64,000 bases of DNA from assembly GCF_004010195.1 (NCBI RefSeq), contig NC_057746.1:7811697-7875696 (forward strand), given 5' to 3'. The notes below the pieces were generated by a model. The model worked only from the letters and a program-made list of their open reading frames with translations, searched no databases and was not told the origin of the DNA. Of this stretch, positions 1 through 12,851 are shown one piece after another. This DNA comes from Chiloscyllium plagiosum. Taxonomy: Eukaryota. Positions within the stretch are counted from its first letter, which is position 1; each line of letters begins with the position of its first letter. The position numbers and the translations under genes were made by a program.

Positions 1-769
1 CAACTTAGGTTCCGCAGCATATATGCGACTTCTTGAAAGAGACGATAATCTTTGGAAACCAAGGATGAACTAGCTTGAAAAAAATTTAAAACATGCATCA
101 GCCACAACAGGATGAAGCTGGTGGATATGGCAAACAGTAAAATCACAGAATTCTTTCTGCTCTCTATCTCTGGGTCATTCTCCATTTTTCTCTGACCCCT
201 CAGTTCCTTACGCATTCTCACGGCCTCGAAGATGTGTCTGGCAGTCAGAATGTTGAGAAAGAGAATAAAAGTGAATGGTAACATTGGTGTTAAAAAATGT
301 TCAAAGTATTTAAAACTCTCCCATTGGTCACGATTATAACTGGACCTAATACTACAATGCCATGGAACATTGTTAATAATCTTTTTAGGTTCAAATCGAA
401 AGTAGTTGGGAATGTTTTTTAAAGAAAAGAAAATGCAGATTGTTACTACAAACCTCTTTGCAGTTTTCTCTGTGCAATACTGAGATTTTATCTGGTGAAA
501 ACAAATGGCGATAAATCGATCAAGAGAAAAAACGACAGTGAACCAAACAGAGCAATCAATGGTCAAACAAGCCAGGACATAGATAACACTACAAACAGGA
601 GTGATGTCCAGGAAACACCGTGGATAATAATAATACGGAAATCTGTGAAGTACGATGTCGAAAACTATGAACAGTAGATCAGATGTTGCCATGGCGACCA
701 GATAGCAAGTGGTGCATGTAGAAAGGCCGCACTTCCACCGAGCTAAAATGATAATCACAACTAGACAAA
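1..769 (-). CDS. Class A GPCR, GPR139/GPR142-like shark expansion family, exon 2 (runs off the window at position 1)
   Basis: Stop-free minus-strand frame after a polypyrimidine/CAG acceptor at 770-772: VCLVVIIILARWKCGLSTCTTCYLVAMATSDLL...CSVWFTVVFSLDRFIAIC...YCTEKTA...LTPMLPFTFILFLNILTARHI...DPEIESRKNSVILLFAISTSFILLWL. Shows 7TM spacing, the TM2 Asp and a DRF motif. Confidence 0.9.
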
Positions 770-891
770 CTGCAAGAGAGAGAGAAAGGAATAGACAGAC
801 TTGAAGTTACTGATCAAATATTCGCTGATGCCTGAGCCCAGACTTAAAATAATGGCACAAAGATAATTGTTGCTCCATGTCATATTAAATT

Positions 892-1167
892 TGCTGCCTC
901 ACAGCGCCAGAGACCCAGGTTCAATTCCCGACTCAGGCGACTGACTGTATGGAGTTTGCATGTTCTCCCTGTGTCTGCGTGGGTTTCCTCCGGGTGCTCC
1001 GGTTTCTTCCCACAGTCTAAAGATGTGCAGGTCAGGTGAATTGGCCACGCTAAATTACATAAAGGGGTAAATGTAGGGGAATGGGTGGGTTGCGCTTCGG
1101 CGGGTCGGTGTGGACTTGTTGGGCCGAAGTGCCTCTTTCCACACTGTAAATAATCTAATCTAATCTA
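892..1167 (+). mobile_element. tRNA-derived V-SINE (HE1-like), slightly 5'-truncated, in the GPCR intron
   Basis: B-box GGTTCAATTCC, V-domain TCTGCGTGGGTTTCCTCCGGGTGCTCCGGTTTC, CR1-like 3' end and (TAATC)n tail. Confidence 0.9.
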
Positions 1168-1732
1168 TTCTAAAGAGTCTGAACCACAACAGCAACCTCT
1201 CTCTAAATGAATCATTTGGCTTTTTTTAAAGACAGAGGGAATAACATGAACAGCAGATTGCTAACCAAAACACGTCATGCACACAATGTTTTTCAGGTGG
1301 GCAGCGGTTGATTTCATTTGTTTTATAGGTTACCCAGACTGGCTGCAGTTTCCCCTGAGACCACAACATCCACACATTGACACCTCGAAACAGTAAAACA
1401 AAGAATGGGAGACACCTAACATGGACATTGATTGTAAAATTCATATCTTTGGTTCTGGAGGCTCAACAGCTCAGAGTGCCCCCAGATGATGTGTACATCC
1501 ATACTGTATGTGGACAGTACAGGGCAGTGAATCACTTCACAGTGTCCAGAAATGAATGCTGTGCACAATGCCGATAAACAAATGTTCGGTCATTGAGTCC
1601 CTCCCTCATGGACAGGATAGAACATCCAGACAATCCATACTTTCATCTACCTATCGCATTCACAGTTACATTCCCCATAGCCCAACCACCCTCCCCATTT
1701 ATCTCTCTGTCCCCTTGGCCCACAAGCTTCTT

Positions 1733-1825
1733 TCATGATGATGGGCTTATGCCTAAAATGTTGATTCTCCTGCTCCTCATATGCTGCCTGACCTGCTGTG
1801 CTTTTCCAGCACCACACTCTCGACA
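1733..1825 (+). mobile_element. Degenerate Penelope-like terminal (pLTR) fragment
   Basis: Matches the arm of the 53033-53253 element; hammerhead core mutated. Confidence 0.6.
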
Positions 1826-2029
1826 GTGCCCTAGTCCAGTGCTCAATAAGTCAAAGGTTAAGTGCATCCATCATGCAGAGCACTGGGTCACACAGCACCC
1901 GACATCAGTGAGGAGAATCCTTTGGGAAGTAAAGACTTAACTTCAAGAAAAGAATTTTAAAAACACCAAGGACAGTCCATGACAGAATGCTTGTGCTCCA
2001 GAACACTCTCTCTTCCAGAAAAAAAAGAC

Positions 2030-2230
2030 ACTGAAAGAAATGCGGATGCTGGAAATCATAAACAGAATTAGAATTTTCTGGAAAAGTTCCACAGGCCTGG
2101 CCACATCTGTGAGGAGAAATCACAGTAAACCTTTCAGCTTTAGTTACTGGATCTGAAATATTAACTCTGATTTCTCTCCACAAATACTGCCAGATCAGCT
2201 GACCTTTTCCAGCAATATCTGTTTCTTGTT
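2030..2230. mobile_element. Old palindromic Penelope-terminus-derived repeat
   Basis: GATGCTGGAAATC...CTGGAAAAG...GGAGAAATCA arm mirrored by TGATTTCTCTCC...CTTTTCCAGC. Confidence 0.5.
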
Positions 2231-3699
2231 GTTGTTGTTATTGACTCAGTCTTCTGTATTGCACTAACCTCTGGAACAATGGCAGTCACGTTCTCTGAAT
2301 CTTACAGACTTATTGGATACCACATGAAATTTGTTTGACATTAGCTACCCAATGCTCCAACAATAATGTTTGCCCTTAAGTTAAGTATTTGGAATTGAAG
2401 AAAGGGGACTTTATTGCATCGGAGAGTTTGATCCGCTGTGTTACTCCCCTGATGTAAAACGCACTGTGCCAAATATGTCCCAGTGAGCAGGGTTGATGCA
2501 GCAGCCCTGACATTTGCCACCTGCTGTAGGAACGTACAGCTCAGTGTTATCGTTACTGCAAACATTTATAAACTTCTAAGTGCGAGCTGGCAATAAGGAG
2601 TCCCTTGAATACTAACTCACTCGCACCCCCAACACAATTTACATCCCTCAATAGCCACTAAACAGTATGGGTTTACTCAGCACCTAAATGTGATATCCTA
2701 TAAACCACCCCACCTGTAAACCACAATCATTGTCAGGACTGACATCCCGTGTGACAATCGGTGCAATGGTGCCCCATGGTATTGTGCAAAGAACATCACT
2801 CAAACAAGGGTCAACAGCAGAACAACGCACATATTTTTTTTGACAATCAAAGTATTCAACAATACAAATTATAATTCATATTTTTATCAGTGTGCTACTG
2901 ATGGACATGAATCAACTGGTGACTCAGATATATTATCCACCGAGTCCCTGTGTCCTGAACATCAGATCAGCTGAAGGTCCCAACAGCAGGGATAACTATC
3001 AGTCCGAATGGTTGGATGCTCTTGATCCCGATTGGACCCTTGGAGCAACACAACAATATCAAATATCCTAAATCACACATCAGTCACAACAAACCAACTT
3101 GTCTTTCATCAATGTAAAATCCTGGTGAACCACCCAGTCTGCACCATTCTGAGCTCTGTGGACCACATAGAAAAACAGATTTCACAAAGTTGTCAGAGCA
3201 CTGCACTCCATGGTTTAACACTGTGGCCTCAAAGTGAATCAGTTTTAAATGATAACCAGATGATTCATCTATCTATTCCAACACAATAACAATAGCAATG
3301 ATCAAAATAATAATAAGACTTATTCAAACCGGTAGGCAAAGACTAAAAAACAATCCCAAACGAATGTACATGGAAGCCCCTTCACATTTACCAGTATTGC
3401 TCCAGGAACATCAAAGGGTAACAGCAACATAGGGCATCATGAGATACATCCTGTTGGACAATATTGTTTGATCCTCTGTGTGAGAGCTGCTACCACTATA
3501 CTCCAGCTCTCAATGTTTGTCTTAATAAACTCGACAGCACAGTACTGTCCAACGTTTTACAAATGGCACAACTCATTCTTTTGACCGTCAAATAATTCAT
3601 CATTGTGCATCACAACTGGAATCCTGTGCTCAACGCCCCTCCCAGTGAACTGTCCTCACAAATATCATGCCCCCCCCCCCCCCCCCCACATCCACTGAC

Positions 3700-4110
3700 T
3701 GAAAATAAAAACAAAATTGTCAAAGCTATCTGTGCTGACATTCACTTCTCACTATGTAATGACTTGCTCAACTCGATGTTGCCAACCTTTTGTATCTGGG
3801 CTGCCATTTGGAGGGAGATGCCTGAGCAAAACCCAACAACACAATCCCTTCACATCAAGGAATGGGGAACACCAGGTATCACTAAGAGGTGAGAGGTTGC
3901 AAAACCCATCTGATCGATAGCAGGCTTTAAACTCCCACAGAGAGAGAGAGTGTCTGGCTAAACACTTTCTTGACCAGCCAGAGCCGGTGCTAAGGCAAAC
4001 CCCATCAATGAGGCCTCAGGGCAAACCCATTCTGCACAGTATAGAGAAACAGTCAATGCTGCACATTGCTGAGGAACCTCCGAATCAAAATAATATTTTT
4101 TAAACTCAGT
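3700..4110 (+). mobile_element. Vingi/Ingi-like non-LTR retrotransposon 3' relic
   Basis: Broken translation GFKLPQR..WLNTFLTSQSRC..NPHQ*GLRANPFC..EKQSMLHIAEE resembles the Vingi C-terminal cysteine domain. Confidence 0.4.
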
Positions 4111-4241
4111 AAGTGAGGATGCTGACATCTGGCATCAATATTTGCCTTTCTAATGGAAATAAAATAATTAAGAGTCATACACTGGGAATAAGTCTGATTT
4201 AATGCAGAGATGTACACAACTTAAGCTGTTACAAGACTTAC

Positions 4242-4308
4242 CAGGAATACCAACAACAGCAAGGATGGTGTAGTATCCTTTGGCGACCATCTGTACTGGA
4301 AGATGCAT
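4242..4308 (-). CDS. Exon 1 of the same GPCR (MHLPVQMVAKGYYTILAVVGIP + 1 nt)
   Basis: ATG at 4308, 67 nt long, ends at a GTAAGT donor (4241-4236). Phase 1 matches the exon 2 acceptor, giving ...VGIP-V-CLVV. Confidence 0.85.
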
Positions 4309-5039
4309 TTTGATTTTCGTGAAACAATCTCTCCCTGCTGTTGGCAATCTGTCGGAATGGGAGAATCCTCTCGAAATTGGAACTGACACAGTTGGGAGAA
4401 TCCTCTCGAAATTGGAACTGACACAGTTCCCGTGATTTTTAAAAAAAAATTCTGCATGGAATCTCCATTAGGAAACTGTGATTATATCTTCAATTTTTTA
4501 ATATCATTTTGAACAAATAGATTACGACAACGGGTTTATTTTAATGATGTGATATCATGGAGATTTGCCTCTGTAATTGAATACCCCAAAGACTGGATTA
4601 ATCTGAACCTATTAGGCATCATAATTAATTTCAATTTGCCTTCAAACAACAATACTTGCAGTATTTCACATATTATCAATGCCATAAATATCTAAATATC
4701 TTCTGATAGTCTTTTCCGTGAAGCCCTTCATTTTGCTCAGTTTATTCAGTGCCTCATTCTGTCGAGCTCCTTGAGAGCTCTTCTACTGCACACTGTTATA
4801 CCACTTCTGTTCTTGTTCATTCCGCTTTCCAACTCATTTGGGAAACTATATCTCTGAACCAGCACTCTAATACTGAACTTGAAGCTGATACTGATTGCAA
4901 CAAGAACTGGAACTTATACTCAGACAAATACGAGAAAAGAAACAAATTCAGAACCTTACCTTCAGAATGAGAGAATGACAGAATCACATGGAACAGAAAA
5001 AGCTGTTCGGCCCAACATGTTTGTCCTACCAAAATTGGA

Positions 5040-6030
5040 CCAAAGGTAGATGAGGGCAGAGCGATAGCCATCGTCTACATGAACTTTAGAAAGATCTTTG
5101 ACAAGATATCACATGGGTAGGTTATTGAGGAAGGTAAAATCTCACGGGGAGAAAGTGAGGACTGCAGATGCTGGAGATCAAAGTCGAGATTGCAGTTCTG
5201 GAAAAGCACAGCAGGTCAGGCAGCATCCGAGGAGTAAGACAGTAGATGTTTCGGGCATAAGCCCTTCATCAAGAATGATGTGGGGCTTATGCCCGAAACG
5301 TTGATTCTCCTGCTCCTCAGATGCTGTTTGACCAGCTGTGCTTTTCAAGCACTATACTCTGGACTCTAAATTTCACAGGATCCAGGAGAGACAGCAAATT
5401 GGATCCCAAATTGGTTTGATGGTAGACGGTAGAGGGTGGTGGGAGGCGATTGTTTTTCAAACTTCAGGCCTGTGACCAGCCGTGTCCCACAGGTTCTGGG
5501 TCCACTGTTATTTATCATTTATGACAATGAATTGGATGGGAATTCCAGAGGTACCATTAGTAATTTTGTGGATGGCCCCAAGATTGAAGGTACAGTGGGC
5601 AGAGAAGAAGGTTATCTGGAAATGCAGCGAGATCTTCAACAACTGGGCCATTGGACTGAGGAGTGGCAGATTGAGAATAATGTTGATTCGTGAAGAGTGT
5701 TGCATGTTGGCAGAACTTACATAGTCAATGGTAGGGCCCTGGGGAGTGTGACAGAAGAGTTTTTTCAACTGTCAGATCATTGAGTATTTGGATTGTGATG
5801 TCTTTTTGCAGCTGTAAAAGACATTGGTGAGGTCACTCTTTGAATACTACATGCGGTTCTGGTCGCCTTACTATATGAAGGATATTATTAAACTGGAAAG
5901 AGTACAAAACAGATTTACTAGCATGCTGGCTGGACTAGAAGGTTTGCGTTATAAGGAGAGGTTAAATGGGCTGCGACTTTTCTTCCCTGGAGAATGAAAG
6001 ACTGAGGGGTGACCTTGCAGAGGTCTATAA
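5040..6030 (+). mobile_element. CR1 LINE ORF2 (RT) fragment, degenerate
   Basis: DEGRAIAIVYMNF, RPVTSRVPQ-VLGPLLFIIY, RLRGDLAEVYK motifs. Confidence 0.9.
5148..5368. mobile_element. Fold-back Penelope-terminus element inserted in a CR1
   Basis: Inverted arms around CCCTTCATCAAGAATGATG; flanked by an imperfect duplication AAATCTCACGG / AAATTTCACAGG. Confidence 0.8.
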
Positions 6031-6962
6031 ACACACACATATACAATTCACTCACACACACATAGACACACACACACGCAATTGGCATACACACCTAGAA
6101 ATTATTTTTATGCCTTTTTCTGGAATACCTTCCTTTGCTTGGAGACACAATTGACTCTGCTCATCTATAGTTCCTTCAATCTTCCCACAGCACAAACGTG
6201 CTAAACCGTCCCCATCACAAGCTAAATGGACAATCTCTCAAATTATCAGCGATTTCAAGTTAATGCACTCGACCACTCTCACTTCGTCTTTCCATATTCC
6301 CAATTTCTAAGGAGCAAACAGGGACAAATTAGTTTGTCACTGAATGATAATTGAGAAAATTAAGCTTTATTGGGTAATTGGAACAGAAATGTTATCTTCG
6401 GTTCTTAAATGAGCCAGGAAGCCAGACACTGAATCGCCTTCATATCAAGAGACTTCAGAAGTATTATTGTGGACCCAGGACAAATCTTCATGACAGAACT
6501 TCAAGTTAATAAATATATAGAATTATGACTCTAATCAATCATGTAACTACCGTCAATTGTCGTAATCACCCATTTCGTTCACTAATGCCCTGTAGGAAAG
6601 CGAACTGCTGACTATACTCGCTCTGATGACGGAACTGAAGATATATATCTCGAACTGAAACGAAAGATGGTGGTGATCACGCTGAGTAAATAGTCTGTCG
6701 GAAATTAAGCAATAAATATATAGGGAGATCGCGGACAGCTGTAAGAAGAATCGTGTTGTAATGGTCTGGCACTTTAACTTTCCAAACAGACTGGGATTAC
6801 CACAGTGCTAAAGGCTTGGATGGGGAGGAATTTGTTCATTGCATTCGAGAAAACTTTCTCAATCAATAAGTAGATGTCACAACTAGAGAACGGTAAGAAC
6901 TCTGCATTATCCACTTAAAAATGGCACAGGCTGACGATACCCGAAATGGAGGGATTGTATAT

Positions 6963-7703
6963 TGTTACGAACCCTCATGAGTATAGTGGGACTATATTCT
7001 GGCAATCCTTATCTAACCACAAGAGCAGGTTGCTATGGAAAAGGCCAGACACACTATTCCAAGAAGGTCGCCGAGAACCTTACTTTCGCTTATTTTAAAC
7101 GCACATGTGAAGTGGAAATTCCAGGTATGTTGCAGCATAGTCCAGCTTTTATTGGTAGAGGAATTGAGTTCCGGAGTACTGAGGTCATGTTGCAGTTGTA
7201 TAAGACTCTGGTGCATTTTAAACGTACATGTGAAGTGGAAATTCCAGGTATGATGCAGCAGGTCAAACCACTCGGCTTTAAGCAGAACAGTATTTATTTA
7301 ATCACGAACAATGGAAAACAGAATTTAGAATAACAACTATTTGAAAACCATCCAACTCGAAGCAGCAACTAAACTGAGGAACTGACCCACTTCCTGCAAC
7401 ATACCTTCCTAAACACAGCCTTTGTCAAATGGTAAATTCAAACTCATGTTCTTACAGGTAAGAGAGATTTCAGAGAGAAAGCCAGTCACCAACCATCTGG
7501 TGAAGCTTGAAACCTTCCTTCGATTGCAGGCAGCCTCTCATTGTTACAACTAAACGAAGCCAGAAAAGAACAGAACTAGCAGAACTTACCTGCCATTGTT
7601 AAACTAGACTTCAGCCCAGACATATTGGCACCTTTGCTTTTACGACCTCTCTTGGAACAAAACAAAGGACAGAATAACCTTTGTAATGTTATAGCATCGT
7701 CAC
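6963..7703 (-). mobile_element. Probable Gypsy LTR
   Basis: TGTTACGA...TCGTCACA termini form a TG..CA inverted repeat; lies downstream of the minus-strand gag relic at 9400-10210. No TSD seen. Confidence 0.5.
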
Positions 7704-7879
7704 AGCTCCAATACAAAAATGGTTTCATTTTAAATCACTTTGTCTTACTCTGTTAGTACACTACATTATGTTGACGATAGCTATGCAAACATGCCTTACT
7801 ACATTCTATTTCAGTCTGTTTACTCCTGCAACTGAACGCCTTCATTTATTCATTCAAGGCTCAACAATGCGTCGGCAAT

Positions 7880-9400
7880 TATCCCAACCCAATCTAGTCC
7901 CACCTGCCAGCACATGGCCCATATTCCTCCTGTTCATATACGCATCCACATGCCTCTTAAATGTTGCAATTGTAACAGTCTCCACTACTTCCTCTGACAG
8001 CTCATTCCATACACGTACCACCCTCTGCGTGAAACGTTGCCCCTTAGGTCTCTTTTATATCTTATCCCTCTCACCTTAAACCTATGCCCTCTAGTTCTGG
8101 ATTCACCGACCCCAGGGAAAAGACTTTGCCTATTTACCCTATCCATGCCCCTCATAATTTGAAAACTTCCTCAGCCTCTGACACTCCCGGGAAAACAGCC
8201 CCAGCCTGTTCAGCCTCTCCCTATAGCACAAATCCTCCAACCCTGGCAATATCCTTGGAAATCTTTTCTGAACCCTTTCAATTTTTACAACATCTTTCCG
8301 ATAGAAATTAGACCAGAATTGCACAATATTACAACAGTGGCCTAACCAATGTCCCGTACAGACGCAACATGACCTCCCAATAAATGTACTCAATACTCTG
8401 ACCAATAAAGGAAAGCATAACAAACGCCTTATTCACTATCATATCTACCTGCGACTCCTCTTTCAAGGAACTATGAAACTGCACTCCAAGATCTCCGTGT
8501 TCAGCAACACTCACTACGACCTTACCATTAAGTGTATAAGTCCTGCTAAGATTTGCTTTCCCAAAACGCAGCACCTCGCATTTATCTGAATTAAACTCCA
8601 TCTTCCATTTCTCAGCCCATTGGCCCATCTGGTCCAGATCCTGTTGTAATATGAGGTAACCCTCTGCGCTGTTCACTACACCTCCAATTTTGGCGTCACC
8701 TGCAAACTTACTAACTGTTCCTCTTATGCTCGCATCCAAATCGTTTCTGTAAATTTCAACAAGTAAAAAACACAGCACCGATCCTTGTGGCACTCCACTG
8801 GTCACAGGCCTCCAGTCTGAAAAACAACCCTCCACCACCACGTCTGTCTTCTACTATTGAGCCAGTTCTGCATCCAAATGGGTAGTTCTTCCTGCATTCC
8901 ATGAGATCTAACCTAGCTAATCAATCTCCCATGGGGAAACTTTTCAAACGCCTTACTGAAGTGCGTATAGATCATATCTACCGCTCTGCCACCATCAATC
9001 ATCTTTGTTACTTCATCAGAAAACTCAATCAAGTTTGTGAGACATGATTTCCCACGCACAAATCCATGTTGACTATCGTTAATCAGTCCTTGCCTTTCCA
9101 AATACATGTACATCCTGTCCCTCAGGATTCACTCCAACAAGTTGCCCATCATCGACGGCAGGCTCACTGGTTTATACTTCCCTGGCTTTTCATTACCACT
9201 TTTCTTAAACAGTGGCACCACGTTTGCCAACCTCCAGTCTCCTGGCAACTCACCTGTGACTATCGATAATACAAATATCTCAGCAAGAGGCCCAGCAATC
9301 ACTTCTCTAACTTCCTTCGGAGTTCTCGGGTACACCTGATCAGGTCCTGGGGATTTGTCCACATATACCCGTTTCAAGACATTCAGCACTTCCTCCTCTG
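7880..9400 (-). mobile_element. CR1 LINE, 5'-truncated, with RT
   Basis: ORFs DKSPGPDQVYPR, SQHGFVRGKSCLTNLIEF, PVTSGVPQGSVL, KFAGDAK. Confidence 0.95.
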
Positions 9401-10210
9401 TTCGATCTATTTTTTAATGTCCATATTCACCTGTCAATATTGCTTTGTTTGATCCAGTCAAACTTAACGTATCTTTGACCACGGTCCCTCCTTAGATTCC
9501 TGAAACCTTGCCTGTACGCATCTGGCTACAGCTCATACACACTTAAAATGGCTTTCTTCACCGCCTCATATTCTCCAGATACCTCCTCTGATGATGAGGT
9601 AAATACATCATTAGCTTTACGTACCAGCTTTGTTCGGATCAACAAAACCCACATGGTCACTGGTCACTTCATTTCTTTAGCTACTTTCTCAAATGCGATG
9701 AAAAAGTCTTCTATATCCTTCTCCTCTTATTATGGCAATGCTTAGATATAATTGAACAGGTCGGTGCCAGCCCTTGGCTGCGATGGGTTTGCACATCCTC
9801 AGTGATCTACTCACTAAGCCGACCTTCTACCTTCACCTCCATTCTTTTTAACCAACTTTCCTGTTGAAGTGCCAGTTTGTGAAGGTCACACTCTCTCTTT
9901 ATTTCTCCCTTTCCTCTCTCTATTCTCTTTTTGTTTTTCTAAAGTGATTCTGTTCGTTTCTTTTTGTTATGCTCAGCCCTTCCTTTCTTTTTTTTCTCTC
10001 TCTGCTAAAGCCGTTTGTACTTTTTCACATTTGTCAGCGTTTAATCGTAAATTAAACTGTTTCCATTCTTTCCATGTTCAAGCTGCCTCATTTCTAATTC
10101 AATTACTGCCATTTCCAGAGATTTTGATGACATTTTCAGAAAATGTAAATGCCGAGCTGTTACTGGAATTATCTCTTTTTATCTCACAGATGAAGGTGAT
10201 CTCAACTCCA
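9400..10210 (-). mobile_element. Gypsy (Gmr1-like) gag relic
   Basis: Minus translation EEKDIEDFFIAFEKVAKEMK*PVTMWVLLIRTKLVRKANDVF..SEEVSGEYEAVKKAILSVYEL*PDAYRQGFRNL; 5' extent is uncertain. Confidence 0.75.
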
Positions 10211-10214
10211 CCTT

Positions 10215-11440
10215 GTCAGCAATTTCCAACTGCTTTGTCTTGGATGGAGAGGTGATTAGAAACCAGCAAAGTCGATGGTGATGCCGTATGGTTGAATGGT
10301 CCTAAGATGGAAGATGAGGCGTTCTTCCTCCAGGCATCAGATGGCTTGGCGTTGGTGGTAGAGGAGACCCAGGACTTGCAAGTCCTTGGTGGAGTGGGAA
10401 GGAGAGTTGATGAGGTTGTTGTGTGCATGTGTCCTCGAGATGTTCCCTGGAAGTTTCCAGAAGTTGGCATCCTGTCTCTCCACCTTTCCCCACCTTTTCC
10501 TCCACTACATTGATGACTGTACCAGCAGCGCGTTGTGCTCCCACGAGGAGGTTGAACAGTTCATCAGCTTCACAAACATCTTTCACCGTGACCTCAACCA
10601 TCTCAGACACCTCCCCCCCTTTTCTGGACCTATCCATCTCCATCTCTGGCGAACAACTTACTGGTTTCTAATCACCCCTCCACTCAACTCATCCCAGATC
10701 CAACCCTCGAACTGAGCACTGCTCCCTTGACCTGTCCGAATTGTCCATCTTCCTTCCTACCTATCTGCTTCCCCTCTGCACCAACCTAGCACTATCAGCC
10801 CCCACCTGCATCTACCTATCGATTTCCCCAGCTACCTTCCGCCCACCACCTTCCCCACACTTCTATTTATATCTCTGTCCCTTTTCCCCAGCTCCCATGT
10901 TGCCCGAAACGTCAATCCCCCGGCTCCTTGGATGCTGCCTGACGTGCTGTGTTTTTTTTTATATATATCTTATTTAAACTCCATCTGCGACACCTCAGCC
11001 GAAGGTGGACTGTTCCACATATCCTATGAAGAAATAAGCCTAGTTAGGATCCATGCAGGGGTCCATGGTCTGAAGGAAGTGGGCGGATTTGAAGGAAAAG
11101 TTGTTGAGGGTGAGGACCAGTTCCATCAATCGAATGAATGTGTTGGGGAGGGACACTGCTTGGGTCAGGAGGAGAAGAGAAAACGAAGAGTTTGGAGGCC
11201 TTCGTCGTGGTGGGTGGATGCGTACAGGGATTGGATGTCCATGGTGAAGATGAGGCAATAGGGGCCTGGGGAACCGAAAGTCGTGAAGCAGGTGGAGGGT
11301 GTGTGGGTGTGTCATGAATGTATGTAGGGAGCTCCTGGACCAAGGGGTACAGGATGATGTCAAGATGTGAGGAGATACGTTTGATGCATCAGGAGCAGGT
11401 GGAGACGATGGGTTGACTGGGGCAGTTTGGGTCAGGAGAT
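10215..11440. mobile_element. Rearranged Neptune-like Penelope element (GIY-YIG C-terminus minus, RT plus, terminus plus, RT minus)
   Basis: LEEERLIFHL (minus), FLHYIDDC..HEEVEQFI and PFLDLSISIS (plus), GCCCGAAACGTC terminus near 10902, LIRLMELVLTLNNFSF-like segment (minus). Confidence 0.75.
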
Positions 11441-11982
11441 AGTCAGTTCAAGGCTAGTCAAGCCTGGTGAAGGAGCTCAGTCAGAATGAGGATCATTTTC
11501 ATTGGTTTGGGTGTACTATAGTCCCCATCATCTAGAAGTTCATTCAAAATTTGGTCATGGCGAACTGAGCTTTACACCAGTTATATGAAGATCAACATGG
11601 AGCTGAATAAAATAATCAGTGCTTGGGATCTTCTCTGAGAGCACCCATCAGTCCCTATCCCTGTCAGCTTCTTCCAAATATCTCCAGTGGGTCCCAGAGC
11701 CCCATTTGCACTTGATTTATTTCAGCTCACTGACACAGTCCTGTTGGAATTCCTCTGTTAAACAGCAGCTCTGGTCCGGAAGTGAATAGTATAATTCTTC
11801 CTGCGGCCAGCCAATGTGCTGTTCGAAGGGATGTCTGTATGAGTGCTGCGTGTAGATACAAGTACATCCACACTTAAACCATGGTGTTGATGTGGGAACC
11901 TCTCGGAGTGCTAGTGATGCTGCCGTTGTGTATTTGTCTTTGTTCCAGCCTTATTCAGCTGCCTTGCTACAGTCAGTACTGT

Positions 11983-12075
11983 GTAAAAACAATGACTGCA
12001 GATGCTGGAAACCAGATTTTGGATTAGTGGTGCTGGAAGAGCTCAGCAGTTCAGACAGCATCCGAGGAGCAGCAT
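11983..12075 (-). mobile_element. Penelope terminal fragment
   Basis: GTAAAAACAATGACTGCAGATGCTGGAAACCAGA, also seen at 13884-13952, 31191-31260 and 50782-50816. Confidence 0.7.
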
Positions 12076-12438
12076 TGTCTTTGCACCGTTCCCTTTGAAC
12101 ATCTCGATGTGGAGCAACTTCACCAAATTGTTTAAAGTTTCCACAAATTCCCGGTATTCAATGGACATTCTTTGGTACTTTTCTCTCGTCTTCAATTCCT
12201 CCAATTACATTTCAGGCAATTGTCTCTCTATTACTATCATGCATAAGCTCAAAGACACACATATCTATCATGCTCCCAACCTCATCCCCATTCCTTTGTC
12301 CTGTGGTCCCTTATATCCATCTCTATGTTCGTATTGTCGTCAGCAAAGGTTATCTAAGATTACAAAGGCACTTCGGTCAATTGGGGCAACAGGCTGAGTG
12401 GTGGCAGATGGAGTTTATTCCAGTTTAGTAAAATAAAC

Positions 12439-12712
12439 GGGCGGCACTGTGGCACAGTGGTTAGCACTGCTGCCTCACAGCGCTAGAGACCCAAGTTCAA
12501 TTCCCTGCCTCAGGAGACTGACTGTGTGGCGTTTGCACATCCTCCCCACAGTCCAAAAATGTGCAGTTTAGGTGAATTGGCCATGCAAAATTGCCCGTAG
12601 TGTCAGGTGAATGGATAAATGTAGGGGAATGGGTCTGGGTGGGTTGTGCTTCGGCGGGTCTGTGTGGACTTGTTGGGCCGAAGGGCCTGTTTCCACACTG
12701 TAAGTAATCTAA
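12439..12712 (+). mobile_element. V-SINE (HE1-like)
   Basis: GGGCGGCACTGTGGCACAGTGGTTAGCACTGCTGCCTCACAG head; TTCCACACTGTAAGTAATCT tail. Confidence 0.9.
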
Positions 12713-12851
12713 AGAAAGGACTTGTACAATTAATGGTAAGGCCTCTGGTAGCTTTCTTGAACGGAGACACCGAAAGATTCAGGCATTGTTCCTTAATGTT
12801 GTGTCACAGGTAGACAGGATGGTTAAGAAGATTGTTAACATGCCTGCTTTC

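Noticed and set aside
495-677. Plus-strand 60-aa ORF
   Set aside because: Antisense shadow of the GPCR exon.
6963-7703. Solo LTR
   Set aside because: No matching 4-5-bp TSD (ATAT versus GCTC); better read as one LTR of the disrupted element that includes the gag relic.
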